Below are positions 9,444 through 21,024 of a DNA stretch of 64,000 nucleotides, piece after piece. The notes beneath the pieces were generated by a model, which searched no databases, was not told the DNA's origin, and saw nothing but the letters and a program-made list of their open reading frames with translations. The DNA is from an uncultured Acidobacteriota bacterium (GTDB lineage Bacteria; Acidobacteriota; UBA6911; RPQK01; JAPXNP01): the NCBI GenBank assembly GCA_963777605.1, contig CAVZRV010000030.1, positions 320,001-384,000 of the forward strand. The letters run 5' to 3'. The position numbers and the translations under genes were made by a program. Within the stretch, counting starts at the first letter, position 1. Every line of letters begins with the position of its first letter.

Positions 9444-11121
9444 ATGGCGGTCCGGACTACGGTTCAATCTACCCCCATTCGAGCGCCGAGAGGAGCCCAG
9501 ATCAGCTGTCGAGGCTGGCACCAGGAGGCCGCACTTCGAATGCTGATGAACAATCTGGACCCGGAAGTCGCGGAGAAGCCGGAATCGCTGATAGTTTACG
9601 GCGGTGCGGGGAAAGCGGCGCGCAACTGGGAGTCCTATCACTGCATTGTCGAAACCCTGAAGCGACTGGGAAACGATGAGACGCTGCTGGTTCAAAGCGG
9701 CAAGCCGGTAGGGGTTTTCAAGACACACGACGAAGCTCCTCGCGTCCTGATCGCGAATGCGCACCTGGTTCCCCGCTGGGCCACCTGGGACGAGTTCCGC
9801 CGGCTCGAAGACACTGGGCCTCACCATGTACGGACAGATGACCGCCGGGTCCTGGATCTACATCGGAACCCAGGGAATTCTTCAGGGGACCTACGAGACC
9901 TTCGCGGAATGTGCGCGCCAGCACTTCGGTGGCACTCTCAAGGGGCGACTGGTGGTGTCGGCGGGTCTCGGAGGGATGGGCGGTGCCCAGCCGCTGGCGG
10001 CGACCCTGAACGGGGGAGTATTCCTCGGCGTCGAGGTGGACCCCGAGAGGATTCAGCGGCGAGTCCGTCAGGGATACTGTGACGTCTACATCAACGACCT
10101 GGATCACGCCCTGACGGTCATCGATGCGGCTCGTCGGGAGGAGCGGGCGGTTTCGATCGGGTTACTGGGTAACATCGCCGAAGTTCTCCCCGAACTGGTC
10201 CGGAGGGACGTAGTGCCCGATGTTCTGACTGACCAGACGTCGGCGCACGACCTGCGTGCCGGTTACATCCCGGCTGGAGTGACCTTGGCGGAGGCGGCCA
10301 ACCTGCGGGAGCACAACTACCCGGACTACGAAAAGGCCGTGCTGGATTCCATGGTCGTTCAGGTGGAAGCGATGTTGGAAATGCAGCGCCGGGGGGCGGT
10401 GACGTTTGACTACGGAAACAACCTTCGGGGACAGGTGGCCGATCGCCGGGGCCTGACCAATGCCTTCGACATTCCCGGGTTCGTGCCTCGCTTTATTCGC
10501 CCTCTGTTCTGCCGTGGCTCGGGTCCGTTCCGGTGGGTTGCACTTTCGGGAGACCCGGAGGACATTCGCATAACGGACGAGGCGGTGCTCGAGACGTTCC
10601 CGGAAAACGAGCCGTTGGGACGGTGGATTCGGGAGGCGCGCGACAAGGTCCACTTTCAGGGCTTGCCGGCGCGAATTTGCTGGTTGCAGTATGGCGACCG
10701 GGCCACGATGGGCCTCAAGTTCAACTGGCTGGTCAAGAAGGGGAAGGTGAAGGCTCCCATCGTCATCGGCAGGGACCACCTGGATGCCGGCTCGGTGGCT
10801 TCCCCCAACCGTGAGACTGAAGGCATGCGTGACGGTTCCGACGCGATCGCCGACTGGCCCTTGCTCAACGCGCTCCTGAATACGGCCTGTGGCGCCAGTT
10901 GGGTTTCGATCCACCACGGCGGGGGTGTCGGAATCGGCTATTCGATCCACGCCGGAATGGTCTGCGTTGCGGATGGGTCTGAACAGGCGGACCGTCGGCT
11001 GCAGCGGGTGCTCGATGCCGATCCGGGGACGGGGATTATGCGACATGCGGACGCTGGTTACCCGGAAGCCGAGGAAGCAGCCCGCATTCACCAACTTGAT
11101 CTGCCGATGCTCGGACGATGA
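9444..11121 (+). CDS. hutU: Urocanate hydratase, frameshift near 9810
   Basis: [18 protein letters not shown], then [21 protein letters not shown] in the next frame; GRDHLD, HHGGGVG; AAGGAG RBS. Confidence 0.95.
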
Positions 11122-12620
11122 GAACCCTCTCACTGGCCACTCTTGAAGCTGACCTGAACGCAAGCCTGGACGAGCTTTCACAGGACCCGTTCCGGGTTCG
11201 GGAATCCAGGCTGCGGGTCGAGTCCGCACTCGAGCACGGGGATGCCTTCTACGGTATCAACACGGGGTTCGGAGCCCTTGCTCAAAAGAGAATCGAAGCC
11301 GACCAGATCCGTGAACTTCAGCGAAACCTCATCCTGAGCCATGCCGTAGGCGTTGGCGACCCGGTTCCACGGGAGATCAGCCGGCTGATCCTAAAGCTGA
11401 AGATTCACTCGCTCGGGCTTGGTTACTCCGGTGTCTCACTTCCCACGTTTCGAAGGCTGATCGACTTAACCGAGGCCGATCTGATTCCGGTGGTGCCGAG
11501 CAAGGGAAGTGTTGGGGCATCGGGCGACCTGGCTCCGCTTGCTCACTTGTCGCTTCCTCTGATCGGGTTGGGTTATTTCTGGGACGCGGACGGAAAGTCC
11601 CCGGAGGCGGCGGGACCAGTGCTGGAGCGGCACGGACTTGTCCCGATCGAGTTGCAGGCCAAAGACGGACTTTCCCTGATCAACGGGACCCAGTTCATGG
11701 CCGCTTACGGGACGTGGGTGCTGGAAAAATCCCTCCGCCTGGTCCGGACGGCGGACCTCTTGGCGGCGATGAGCCTGGAGGCGCTGCAAGGCTCGGTCCG
11801 CCCTTTCGATGCCCGGATTCAGGAAGTCCGACCGCACCCGGGACAGATCCGAGTAGCGCGGAATGTGAGAAGGTTGCTCGAAAAGAGTGAGATTCTGGAA
11901 GCTCACCGGCACTGCGGAAAGATCCAGGATCCCTACTGCCTCCGCTGCGTTCCGCAAGTTCACGGGGCCAGTCGCGACGCCCTCAGCTACGCCGTCGGGA
12001 CGGTCGAGACCGAGATCAACTCGGCCACCGACAACCCGCTCGTCTTTTCGGATGGGACCATCATCAGCGGGGGCAACTTTCACGGTCAGCCTCTCGCCCT
12101 GGCTTTGGACACGAGTGCGATGGCCCTTGCCGAGTTGGCGTCCATTTCAGAGCGACGGACTTTCCTGCTGCTCGGCGGCCACGACGGTCTGCCCGCCCTG
12201 CTGATGCGCGAGACCGGCGTCAACTCAGGTTTCATGATTCCCCAGTACACGGCCGCCGCACTGGTTTCGGAGAACAAGGTGCTTTGCCACCCGGCCTCGG
12301 TTGACTCGATCCCGACCAGCCTGGGTCAGGAGGACCACGTCTCAATGGGCAGCATCTCGGCGCTGAAGCTCTACCAGGTCTTCCAGAATGTCGAGATGGT
12401 ACTGGCTGTGGAGCTCTTCACAGCCGCCCAGGCTCTCGATTATCGTCTTCCCCTGCGACCGGGAGTCGGGGTTGAGCAAGGCCATCAATTCGTTCGCGGC
12501 GTTGTAGGCCACCGCGAGCGTGACTACTACTACAAGGACGATCTGAACCACTGCTGGAAGTTGATTCGAAGCGGCGGCCTGCTGGATGCCGTGGAAACCT
12601 CGATCGGGGAGTTGGACTGA
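11118..12620 (+). CDS. hutH: Histidine ammonia-lyase
   Basis: [22 protein letters not shown] (ASG/MIO), [23 protein letters not shown]. Confidence 0.96.
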   Translation: MRTLSLATLEADLNASLDELSQDPFRVRESRLRVESALEHGDAFYGINTGFGALAQKRIEADQIRELQRNLILSHAVGVGDPVPREISRLILKLKIHSLGLGYSGVSLPTFRRLIDLTEADLIPVVPSKGSVGASGDLAPLAHLSLPLIGLGYFWDADGKSPEAAGPVLERHGLVPIELQAKDGLSLINGTQFMAAYGTWVLEKSLRLVRTADLLAAMSLEALQGSVRPFDARIQEVRPHPGQIRVARNVRRLLEKSEILEAHRHCGKIQDPYCLRCVPQVHGASRDALSYAVGTVETEINSATDNPLVFSDGTIISGGNFHGQPLALALDTSAMALAELASISERRTFLLLGGHDGLPALLMRETGVNSGFMIPQYTAAALVSENKVLCHPASVDSIPTSLGQEDHVSMGSISALKLYQVFQNVEMVLAVELFTAAQALDYRLPLRPGVGVEQGHQFVRGVVGHRERDYYYKDDLNHCWKLIRSGGLLDAVETSIGELD

Positions 12621-13837
12621 TGCCGGTCCTTCGCAAAATCGGGCTCCTGGTAACCGGACCGAAGCCTGATGACCCGGGTGAACTCGAGATCATTCCGCGG
12701 GCGGCTCTGGTCTGGACGGGAGAGCGCCTCGACTGGATCGGTCCGGAAAGGCAATTGCCGAGTCGCGCTGACGTTGAAGAGGAGGAGATCGATGCCGGCG
12801 GTGCGATGGTAATTCCGGGATTGGTGGACTGTCACACCCACCTCGCTTTCGGCGGTTGGCGGGAGCGCGAATTCGTGCTTCGGGCGCGCGGCGCCGGTTA
12901 CCTGGAAATCGCCCGGTCGGGTGGAGGAATTCGGGCTACTGTCGAGGCCACGCGGGCGGTCGAAGAGTCCGCGCTTCTCGATCGGTGCCTGCGCTTCCTG
13001 TCTGAGATGGCCCGACTCGGAGTCACTACCGTGGAGTGCAAGAGCGGTTACGGGCTCGACCTGGAGACGGAGTTGAAGATCCTTGAGGTCTATCGACTGG
13101 CGGCTGAGCGCCAGCCGGTCCGGCTCGTCCCCACCCTGCTTGCGGCGCATGCCCTGCCCGAGGAGTACCGGGAGCGTCGGCCGGAGTATGTCGAGTACGT
13201 TTGCCGCTCCCTGATCCCGACCGTCTCCCGGCTGGGGCTGGCTGAGTTTTGCGATGTGTTTGTCGAAGAAGGTGCTTTCACGGCAGAAGAGGGACGGGCC
13301 ATCCTGAATGTGGCCATCGACTGCGGGCTTGCGGTCAAACTCCACGCCGAGCAGCTCTCCGATTCGGGCGGCGCGCTCCTGGCCGGCCGGCTTCGGGCGG
13401 CCTCGGCGGATCACCTGGAACGGGTCTCGGACGAGGGGATCCAGGCCCTGGTGGAGGGCGGAGTGACGGCAGTGATCCTGCCCCTGGCCTCCCTCTATCT
13501 TCGCCAGCCGCCGACCGATGCGCGCAGACTGCTCGACGCCGGGCTCGCGGTGGCGGTCGCCACCGACTTCAACCCTGGATCGGCCCCCAGTTACCACTTG
13601 CCGCTGGCGATGATGCTGGCCTGCGCTCAGTCGGGGATGACTCCGTCGGAAGCGTTAATCGGGGCGACCGCCGCGGCCGCCCGTGCCCTGCGCTTGGACC
13701 GGGAAATCGGTACGCTGGAAATCGGGAAGTCGGCCGACTTCGCCATCGTCGATGCTGAGAGTCCGGATCACTGGCTCTATCACTTTCGACCAAACGCTTG
13801 CCGGAAGACGTGCGTTCGTGGGAGGGTTCTGAGCTGA
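12620..13837 (+). CDS. hutI: Imidazolonepropionase
   Basis: PGLVDCHTH, ECKSGYG, LHAEQL, SADHLE, ATDFNPG. Confidence 0.95.
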   Translation: MPVLRKIGLLVTGPKPDDPGELEIIPRAALVWTGERLDWIGPERQLPSRADVEEEEIDAGGAMVIPGLVDCHTHLAFGGWREREFVLRARGAGYLEIARSGGGIRATVEATRAVEESALLDRCLRFLSEMARLGVTTVECKSGYGLDLETELKILEVYRLAAERQPVRLVPTLLAAHALPEEYRERRPEYVEYVCRSLIPTVSRLGLAEFCDVFVEEGAFTAEEGRAILNVAIDCGLAVKLHAEQLSDSGGALLAGRLRAASADHLERVSDEGIQALVEGGVTAVILPLASLYLRQPPTDARRLLDAGLAVAVATDFNPGSAPSYHLPLAMMLACAQSGMTPSEALIGATAAAARALRLDREIGTLEIGKSADFAIVDAESPDHWLYHFRPNACRKTCVRGRVLS

Positions 13838-14216
13838 AACTTCAATTTGGATGAACTGGAGAATCTGGATGAATTGGCTGCGTCTGGATGGAGACGGAGG
13901 CGATGGGTGGAGAGCCAGGGACGCGATTATCGGCTGGATACTGTTTCCTGGCCGGTGCCAGACGTGGATGAGTGATGATCACAGGATCGGCGCCGGGCTG
14001 GCCCCCGAAGGGGGCCTGTTTCCAGCCCAGGCATTTGCCTGGGTTCACGGTCCACCCATCAAGAATCCAGCCCTGAAGGGGCTGACCACCTCTTCGGGTG
14101 AGGTGAATCCGGGGCGCGACCTTACAGGCCGCAATCGAAGTGCAGGACCACAGACCCAGGGCCAGCTCTGGGCTGAAACCAAGGCGCCCGGTCCAGTTTC
14201 ACTTCTGCGTGTGGTC
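13834..14216 (+). repeat. ~380-bp structured dispersed element, copy 1 (REPIN/MITE-like)
   Basis: Colinear similarity to 55097-55492 from ctgaaacttca to gtccaNtttcact...tggtc; shared cagcccaggcatttgcctgggt and ggcgcgaccttacaggccgc. Confidence 0.8.
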
Positions 14217-14242
14217 TTCGCAGCGCGGAGGGGTGGGCTGAT

Positions 14243-15205
14243 TTGAACACAACCGAGTTTGTGCCGCCGAGACTGCCTGAAGTCGGTTACGACCCGGATG
14301 ATCTCCGCGTGGGCTCCGTGATCGGCACCGCCCTCGGCGGGGGAGGCTGGGAACTCGTTCTGATCGGATTCCCAAGTGACGAGGGCGTGCGCCGAAATCA
14401 TGGTCGCCCGGGCGCGGCGGAGGCACCGGACGAGATTCGGCGAAACTTTTACCGCTCGACGCTCCCCGCCGGGAACAGCCGTTTTCGGGAATTGCTTCGC
14501 CGGACCCGGGACTTCGGAAACCTGCGGATGAGCGGGAACCTGGAATCGGACCAGGATCGGCTGGGGAAAGTAGTGGGAGGCTTGTTGAGCGAGGGGATCC
14601 TGGTGGCGATTCTGGGCGGGGGACACGAAACCGCCTTTGGGCATTTCCTGGGCTATGTCGCGGCGGGTCGGCCGGTACACATCGTCAACTGGGATGCGCA
14701 TCCCGATGTCCGCCCGCTCAGGAATGGCGTTGGGCATTCGGGGTCTCCGTTTCGGCAGGCGCTTGAGCACCCATCGGGGAGCTGTCTCTCCTACTCGGTA
14801 CTGGGGATTCAGGAGCGCTCGAGCGTGGAATCCCACCTCGAGTTTGTTCGCGACCGGGGTGGGAAGGTCGTCCCGATCGATGGCCTGGGACCGGATGCGG
14901 GGCAGCGTATTCTCGACCAGCTGGAGGGGCCTGTGATGGTCTCCTTCGACCTGGACGTCGTCGATCAGGCCTATGCCCCAGGGGTCAGCGCACCGGCGAC
15001 GGGCGGGATGAGCAGCCGGGAATGGCTTCAGGCGGCACGGGCTGCGGGGCGGTGTGCAGCCGTCACTTCGGTGGATTTCGTGGAGGTCTGCCCGACGCTG
15101 GACCGAGACCGCCAGACCAGCCGCCTGGCGGCGGCCGGTCTGTGGAATTTCCTCTGTGGAGTCAGCCTCCGGGACTCCCGGGTCCGGGAGTCCCGGCAGA
15201 CTTAA
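14243..15205 (+). CDS. hutG: Formimidoylglutamase (arginase/ureohydrolase family)
   Basis: DEGVRRNHGRPGA, GGGHE, DAHPD, SGSPF, DLDV, APGVSAP; follows hutUHI; TTG start after GGAGG. Confidence 0.9.
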   Translation: MNTTEFVPPRLPEVGYDPDDLRVGSVIGTALGGGGWELVLIGFPSDEGVRRNHGRPGAAEAPDEIRRNFYRSTLPAGNSRFRELLRRTRDFGNLRMSGNLESDQDRLGKVVGGLLSEGILVAILGGGHETAFGHFLGYVAAGRPVHIVNWDAHPDVRPLRNGVGHSGSPFRQALEHPSGSCLSYSVLGIQERSSVESHLEFVRDRGGKVVPIDGLGPDAGQRILDQLEGPVMVSFDLDVVDQAYAPGVSAPATGGMSSREWLQAARAAGRCAAVTSVDFVEVCPTLDRDRQTSRLAAAGLWNFLCGVSLRDSRVRESRQT

Positions 15206-17956
15206 GAGTTTGGGATCGTCGGTGTTGAGTTCGCGGCCGGCGGATCGACCTCAACCACGTAGTTGAACCCGCTCAGTAACCGGATCGTGTAGTTCCCATT
15301 GTCGTCACTCTGGGCCGTCGGCTGAGAAAACCGCGTTGGGTGTTCCCACGAGTCCTCCGGTGGTCGTGGCCGAGACGGTCGCTTCCTTCACCGGGCTTCC
15401 ATTTGGGTCCGTGATCATTCCCGAAACGACAACGGTCGCCGACTTGGCTGGAACCGCGCGGTTGAGCGTATTGGTTTCCTGACTGAACGTGCGTCGATCG
15501 GAACCGGGGAGAGGCGCGGACGTGGTGCCGTCGGTATCGGTGATCGGGACCGCGCCGAGCACATCGTAGGTCTTGTTCTTGACCAGGGTCAGCTGGTAGT
15601 CCCCGTCAGCCGTCGGCTGGGAGAAGCTGGCACCGATACCGGCAATAGGAACGCATTGGGTGACGATGGCATTGGACGGGAACGCCAGGTCAAAGGCCAG
15701 GACCTGCGATTCGCTGAAATCGACCGTGTTGGGCTGGGAGAGCTTGCCGCTCACGGTAGCCAGGTCGGGAAGTGCCAGGTTCACTCCGGTGACGGGCGAC
15801 CCGGCCACGGTGATGCTTCCGATATTCCACAAGATCGCCAGTTGCTGGTAAGTGTCGGGAATGCCGTCTCCGCTAGTATCGTCACCCTGGCCCCAGGCCA
15901 GGCCGGCGGTGTAGGTTCCCGCCGACAATCGCACGGAGAACGCTCCCGAATCGTCGAGGGTACTGAACGCCTGGGTCGTGGTATTGTCCGAGGCCAGCAC
16001 CAGAAAGAGTGTTTGAGACAACGGCGTCACAGGTAGTTCGCCGAGGTTGGTGACGGTTCCAGTAACCACGCGGTACTGGGGCGATGAGACCTCGACATCC
16101 TGAGCCGTGTCACCGTTGACGATGACGTTCTGGGTTTGTCCGGCCTGAAGGACAGCCGAGTAGTCTAGATTCGCCGCCGGGGCGATTCCAGACTCGAAAG
16201 GAAGTCTCGAATTATTGACGTCAACCGCGCAGGCACGGACCAGGTAGGTGCCTTTCGGAACGACCATCGAATACTCGTAGGTCACCGACGGGAACTGGAT
16301 GACGACATTGGTGGAGGTCGTGAGAACGTCGCCTGCCGGGCTGATGGCCTGGACGAAGCCGATCGGGTAGAAGGTGCCGCCGGAACCTTCGACTGCGCCG
16401 CTCAACTTGTAGCCGGCGTCGAGCTGGACGTTGAAGTCGGACGTATCAGCATTGAAATTCAGCCCTTCGATCGTCTTGCGAAGCAGGTTGGACTTCGAAG
16501 GCGTTGGGCTGTTCCCCTGGTCCGGGACTCCCTCCAGAACCGGGAGCGTGGTCAGGTTGGCCGTGGAAAGCTGCTGCCGGAGGCTCAGCGCGGTTACCGG
16601 CAGCGTCGATTCCAGGTTGAGCTGTCCCTGGACGTCGGTAACGGAGGGGAACAGTTCGGCGGACTGGACGAAAACCGAAATGTGCCCGTACGCGGGGATC
16701 GTGAGTTCCTTCTGGGCGGTAGTTGAACTGTCGCTCTTGAGGAAGGTGACCTGGACCTGCGTGCTGTCGGGATTCGGGTTGAAAATCGCCACGCCCGTGT
16801 TGAAGCCTCCGGTGAGATCGACCGGGAGGCTGAACTGGGTTCCCAGGGGGGAATCGCCAACACCAGCCTCAACCGTCACCGTTCCCTGCGCGTTCAAAAG
16901 ACTGAAGACCGCGGTGACCCCGATCGGTGCGTCCGAGGTGACCTGGGCCGCACCGGTGGTGATGGCGCCCTGGGCATCGGTTTCCACGAAGACCGCCCCT
17001 CCGGCCGGGATCTCGAGGTCGAATTCACTCCCGGTCTCCCCATTCGAGAGGCCGACTGAGAGGGGGTTCCCGCTGTCGTTTGTGAGCGAGAGGTGAGCGG
17101 TGGCCTCAGTCCCCAGGCTGAAAAAGATGAACTGGGTCTTGATCCCCAGCGTGCCCGCGAAACCGTTGGCGACGTTGGAGAGGTTGAACTTCCGCTGGTT
17201 GGATGTAGTTGCGACTGCGGGAAGAGTCGTCAGGGGAGCCGTGCTCGCAGTGTTCTGGCGCAATGTCAGTGCCGAAACCTGGGTCACACTCGAGGACACT
17301 ACGAGCCGGCCTTCAAAGTTCACCGCGTCGGGGAAGAGACCGCCGTCTCCCGCAACGAATTTCGCCAGGTGCCCCTGTTGCGGGATGGTGACGTCATTCC
17401 GGGTCGCATGCTGGTTCCCGTTCTTGTCGATGAGAGTCAGGGTCAAGGTCGTTGATTCAAACCCAAGGTTTTGAATGGCGACGCCGGTGTTGAACGGTTG
17501 CTTGGTGTCAACCGCGATCGAGAATTCAGAAACCGCCTGCGAAGCGCCGATCCCGGCTTCGGTCAACAGAGTGGAGCCACCTCCCTCCAGGAAGGAGAAG
17601 ACTGCTGCCACCCCGATATCGGACGTTGCGGTCACCAGGCCGGAGCCGATTTTGAGGTCACCCGAGGGGTCACTCGTGAAGAAGCGGCTCTCGCGGGCGG
17701 GCAGCGTAAAGACTTTGATCGAGTCCCCGGTCATCCCCGGAATCGACAGACTCATGGAGTTCCCGCTGTCATCAGTCAACTTCAGTGTAACGATAGACTC
17801 TGTATCACTGTTGTTGACGAAGATAAACGTGGTGCGGATCACGTTGCCTCCGCTGGCAATCTGCGGCAGGCGGTAGACTCCCTGGGCGTATGCCGTGGAA
17901 AACAGGACAAGTGTCGCCAGTGAAAACAAAAACAGAAGAGAAAAGCCCCTTTTCAT
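15202..17956 (-). CDS. Large secreted/surface protein with two tandem ~240-aa repeats and C-terminal beta-sandwich (carboxypeptidase regulatory-like) domains; frameshift near 15320
   Basis: Signal peptide MKRGFSLLFLFSLA..AYA; repeated EAGxG..F..VD..FNTGVAI.N..IP..GH...FV..LFP..ALxLRQ..LTTLP; shifted frame continues TAQSDDNGNYTIRLLSG to a stop at 15202. Confidence 0.75.
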
Positions 17957-18161
17957 ATGACCCCCTCAAGGTGAGTTTTAGACATCCAATGAAGGCATTT
18001 TATTCCAATTCAAGTCAATCTCAACTCCAATTCCACACTGAGTGATTTGGAAAGGAGGCGGTTTGTGGCTGGCCGACTTCCCTTTGAACGATGGAATTGA
18101 TACCTTCTTGGGATCTTGGGCAGCCGTTTGTAAATCAACTGATTATCCGGAGGCGTGTGTG

Positions 18162-19283
18162 ATGAAGATCGCGGTTGCGAAAGAATTGACCGTGCAGGAC
18201 CGCCGGGTCCCGATAATTCCGGCAAGTGTGAAGAAATTGGTGGATATGGGCGCCGAGCTGGCGATTGAGTCGGGCCTCGGCTTGAGCGTGGGATATTCTG
18301 ATTCCGAGTATCAGAATGCAGGTGCGCAGGTTTCGAGGGACCGCAGTTCGCTGTTGAAGACTGCGGAGATGGTCCTCCGGTTGGGAAAGCCGTCGGCCGA
18401 AGAAATTGACGAACTCCCATCGGGTGCAATCCTTGTCAGCTACCTGGATCCGTTCAACGCGAAGCCGTCGCTCGGCCGGTTGGCGAAACGCGGAGTCACT
18501 GCGCTCTGCATGGAACTGATTCCGAGGACGACGATTGCCCAGAAAATGGATGCCCTGAGCTCCCAGGCCAACCTGGCGGGTTACGTGGCGGTAATTCTGG
18601 CGGCAGACAACTCCCCGAAGATTCTGCCCATGATGAGCACACCGGCGGGAACCATTTCGCCGGCCCGTGTTTTCGTGATTGGTGCAGGCGTCGCGGGCCT
18701 GCAGGCAATCGCAACTGCGAAGCGACTCGGGGCCATCGTGGAGGCTTACGATACCCGGCCCGTAGTTGAAGAGCAGGTCCGCTCGGTCGGCGGACGATTC
18801 GTCAAGTTTGACATCGGGGATACCGGAGAAACGGAGCAGGGATACGCCCGTGAATTGACCGAGGAACAGTTGGCTCGCCAGCGCGAGGCCATGGCCAAGC
18901 ACTGCGAGAAATCCGACATTCTCATCACTACCGCCCAGGTGTTTGGGCGACAGGCACCCCGGATCGTGACCGAGGAGATGGTGAAGCGGATGCGTCCTGG
19001 CAGTGTGATTGTCGATCTGGCCGCCGATTCAGGGGGGAACGTCGCCGGAAGCAAGCCTGGCGAGATCGTCGAAACAGACGGGGTCAAAATTGTCGGGCTC
19101 GGGCCGTTGCCGGCGAGGGTTGCGGTTGATGCCAGCCAGATGTACTCGAGTAATGTGGTTAACCTGGTCGGTCATTTTTGGGACAAGGAGTCGAAACGAT
19201 TCGTCCTCAAGCTGGACGACGAGATTATCAAAGGGTGCCTGGTGACCCACCAGGGCGAAATCTGCCACGAATTGTTTAAGTGA
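18162..19283 (+). CDS. pntA: NAD(P) transhydrogenase alpha subunit part 1 (domain I)
   Basis: MKIAVAKE, QKMDALSSQANLAGY, GAGVAGLQAIATAKRLGA, VDLAADSGGN. Confidence 0.95.
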   Translation: MKIAVAKELTVQDRRVPIIPASVKKLVDMGAELAIESGLGLSVGYSDSEYQNAGAQVSRDRSSLLKTAEMVLRLGKPSAEEIDELPSGAILVSYLDPFNAKPSLGRLAKRGVTALCMELIPRTTIAQKMDALSSQANLAGYVAVILAADNSPKILPMMSTPAGTISPARVFVIGAGVAGLQAIATAKRLGAIVEAYDTRPVVEEQVRSVGGRFVKFDIGDTGETEQGYARELTEEQLARQREAMAKHCEKSDILITTAQVFGRQAPRIVTEEMVKRMRPGSVIVDLAADSGGNVAGSKPGEIVETDGVKIVGLGPLPARVAVDASQMYSSNVVNLVGHFWDKESKRFVLKLDDEIIKGCLVTHQGEICHELFK

Positions 19284-19294
19284 GGTGAGATGAT

Positions 19295-19591
19295 ATGAAT
19301 GCCGAGTTTGTCTACCTGGCCTTCATTTTGATGCTTTCGATTTTTCTCGGCTTTGAGTTGATCTCGAAGGTTCCAGCGACCCTGCATACTCCGCTTATGT
19401 CGGGTTCCAACGCCATTTCGGGGATTACGATTGTCGGAGCCCTGATTGCAGCGGGGGGAGAGAACCAGCAGCTCAGTATTATCCTGGGGACCTTGGCCGT
19501 TGTTTTCGCCACGATTAACGTAGTCGGTGGTTATCTGGTGACCAACCGGATGCTGTCCATGTTCAAGAAGAAAGAGGATGGAAAGAAATGA
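19295..19591 (+). CDS. NAD(P) transhydrogenase alpha subunit part 2 (PntAB)
   Basis: LHTPLMSGSNAISGI, NVVGGYLVTNRMLSMF. Confidence 0.95.
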   Translation: MNAEFVYLAFILMLSIFLGFELISKVPATLHTPLMSGSNAISGITIVGALIAAGGENQQLSIILGTLAVVFATINVVGGYLVTNRMLSMFKKKEDGKK

Positions 19592-20979
19592 GCGTACCGA
19601 TCGAACTCACTTACATCCTCTCGGCACTGCTGTTCGGAATTGGCCTGAAGCTGATGAGCTCGCCGGCGACCGCCCGGCAGGGAAACCTATTGTCGGCTTT
19701 CGGGATGTTTCTCGCCGTGGTGGCTACCCTGTTCTACCAGGGCATCATTGATTACCGTTACATAGCCGTCGGCATTGTTGTCGGGTCGATCATCGGCGTG
19801 CTGGCGGCGCGGTTCGTCGCCATGACTGCCATGCCAGAAATGGTGGCTCTGCTGAACGGTTTCGGAGGCATTGCCAGTCTGCTCGTGGGTTGGGCCGAGT
19901 ATCATAATAATGTCACCCCGGACACGTATGCGGCTGTTACGATTTTCTTGACCGTCCTGATCGGCGGCGTGACTTTCTCGGGAAGCGTGATTGCGTGGGC
20001 CAAGCTTAAAGAATTCTGGATCGGGAACTTCGGTATCAGCCGGCCGCTTATTTTCAAGGGGCAGCATATCTTCAACTCGGGACTGGTACTCGCGATTCTG
20101 GCCAGCGGCGTCACCTTTGTGATCAGCGTCGAGTACGGCTACACCGCGTTCGGGATCCTCATCGGACTTTCGTTCCTGCTCGGAATCATGGCTGTCATGC
20201 CAATCGGCGGCGCGGACATGCCGGTCGTTATCTCCCTGTTGAACTCTTACTCCGGAATGGCGGCATGTGCGGCCGGTTTCGTTATCGAGAACAACATCCT
20301 GATTGTGGCCGGATCCCTTGTCGGTGCCAGTGGCATCTTCCTGACCAGCATCATGTGCAAGGCTATGAATCGGTCACTTGCCAACGTCCTGTTCTCCGGA
20401 TTTGGTGCCGTCACTGCGAGCGGCGGAAGCAAGGGGGGGGAACAGGGCGAGGTTCGGCCGATTTCGGTTGGGGACACCTATCTGCTGCTCGAGGCCGCCA
20501 GTTCGGTCGTCTTTGTTCCCGGATATGGTCTGGCAGTTGCCCAGGCTCAGCATGCGGTGCATGAACTGAGTGAATTGCTCGAAGAAAATGGCTGTGAAGT
20601 CCGCTTTGCGATTCACCCGGTGGCCGGCCGAATGCCCGGCCACATGAACGTTCTGCTCGCCGAGGCCAACGTTCCTTACGACAAGCTGGTGGAACCGGAC
20701 GACGTCAATCCCACCATGGAGATGGTTGATGTCTGCATGGTGGTGGGAGCAAACGACGTCGTCAACCCGGCAGCTCGTGATGACGAAACCAGTGCCATCT
20801 ACGGAATGCCGATCGTTGAGGTCGATCGGGCGCGAACCTGCATCGTTATGAAGCGGTCGATGGCAACCGGATTTGCAGGAATCCAGAACCCGCTCTTTTT
20901 CAACGAAAATACGCGAATGCTTTTCGGCGACGCAAAGGCCTCCATGCAGGGCCTGGTTTCCGAGTTCAAGCGCGACTAG
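19588..20979 (+). CDS. pntB: NAD(P) transhydrogenase beta subunit
   Basis: MTAMPEMVA, IGGADMPVVISLLNSYSG, PGYGLAVAQAQ, HPVAGRMPGHMNVLLAEA. Confidence 0.97.
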   Translation: MSVPIELTYILSALLFGIGLKLMSSPATARQGNLLSAFGMFLAVVATLFYQGIIDYRYIAVGIVVGSIIGVLAARFVAMTAMPEMVALLNGFGGIASLLVGWAEYHNNVTPDTYAAVTIFLTVLIGGVTFSGSVIAWAKLKEFWIGNFGISRPLIFKGQHIFNSGLVLAILASGVTFVISVEYGYTAFGILIGLSFLLGIMAVMPIGGADMPVVISLLNSYSGMAACAAGFVIENNILIVAGSLVGASGIFLTSIMCKAMNRSLANVLFSGFGAVTASGGSKGGEQGEVRPISVGDTYLLLEAASSVVFVPGYGLAVAQAQHAVHELSELLEENGCEVRFAIHPVAGRMPGHMNVLLAEANVPYDKLVEPDDVNPTMEMVDVCMVVGANDVVNPAARDDETSAIYGMPIVEVDRARTCIVMKRSMATGFAGIQNPLFFNENTRMLFGDAKASMQGLVSEFKRD

Positions 20980-20980
20980 C

Positions 20981-21020
20981 GGGTTTCTGGTTCCGGGTTC
21001 CTGGTTCTGGTTCGGGAATC
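20981..21020. repeat. Heptamer tandem repeat (TGGTTCC-like) right after the pntB stop
   Basis: gggtttc tggttcc gggttcc tggttc tggttcg; same unit at 27931-27979. Confidence 0.75.
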
Positions 21021-21024
21021 GGGA

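Noticed and set aside
13851-14246. 131-aa ORF between hutI and hutG
   Set aside because: Runs through the repeat element; not protein-like
17957-18161. Rex operator upstream of pnt
   Set aside because: No TTGTGAA-N4-TTCACAA-like palindrome found by eye
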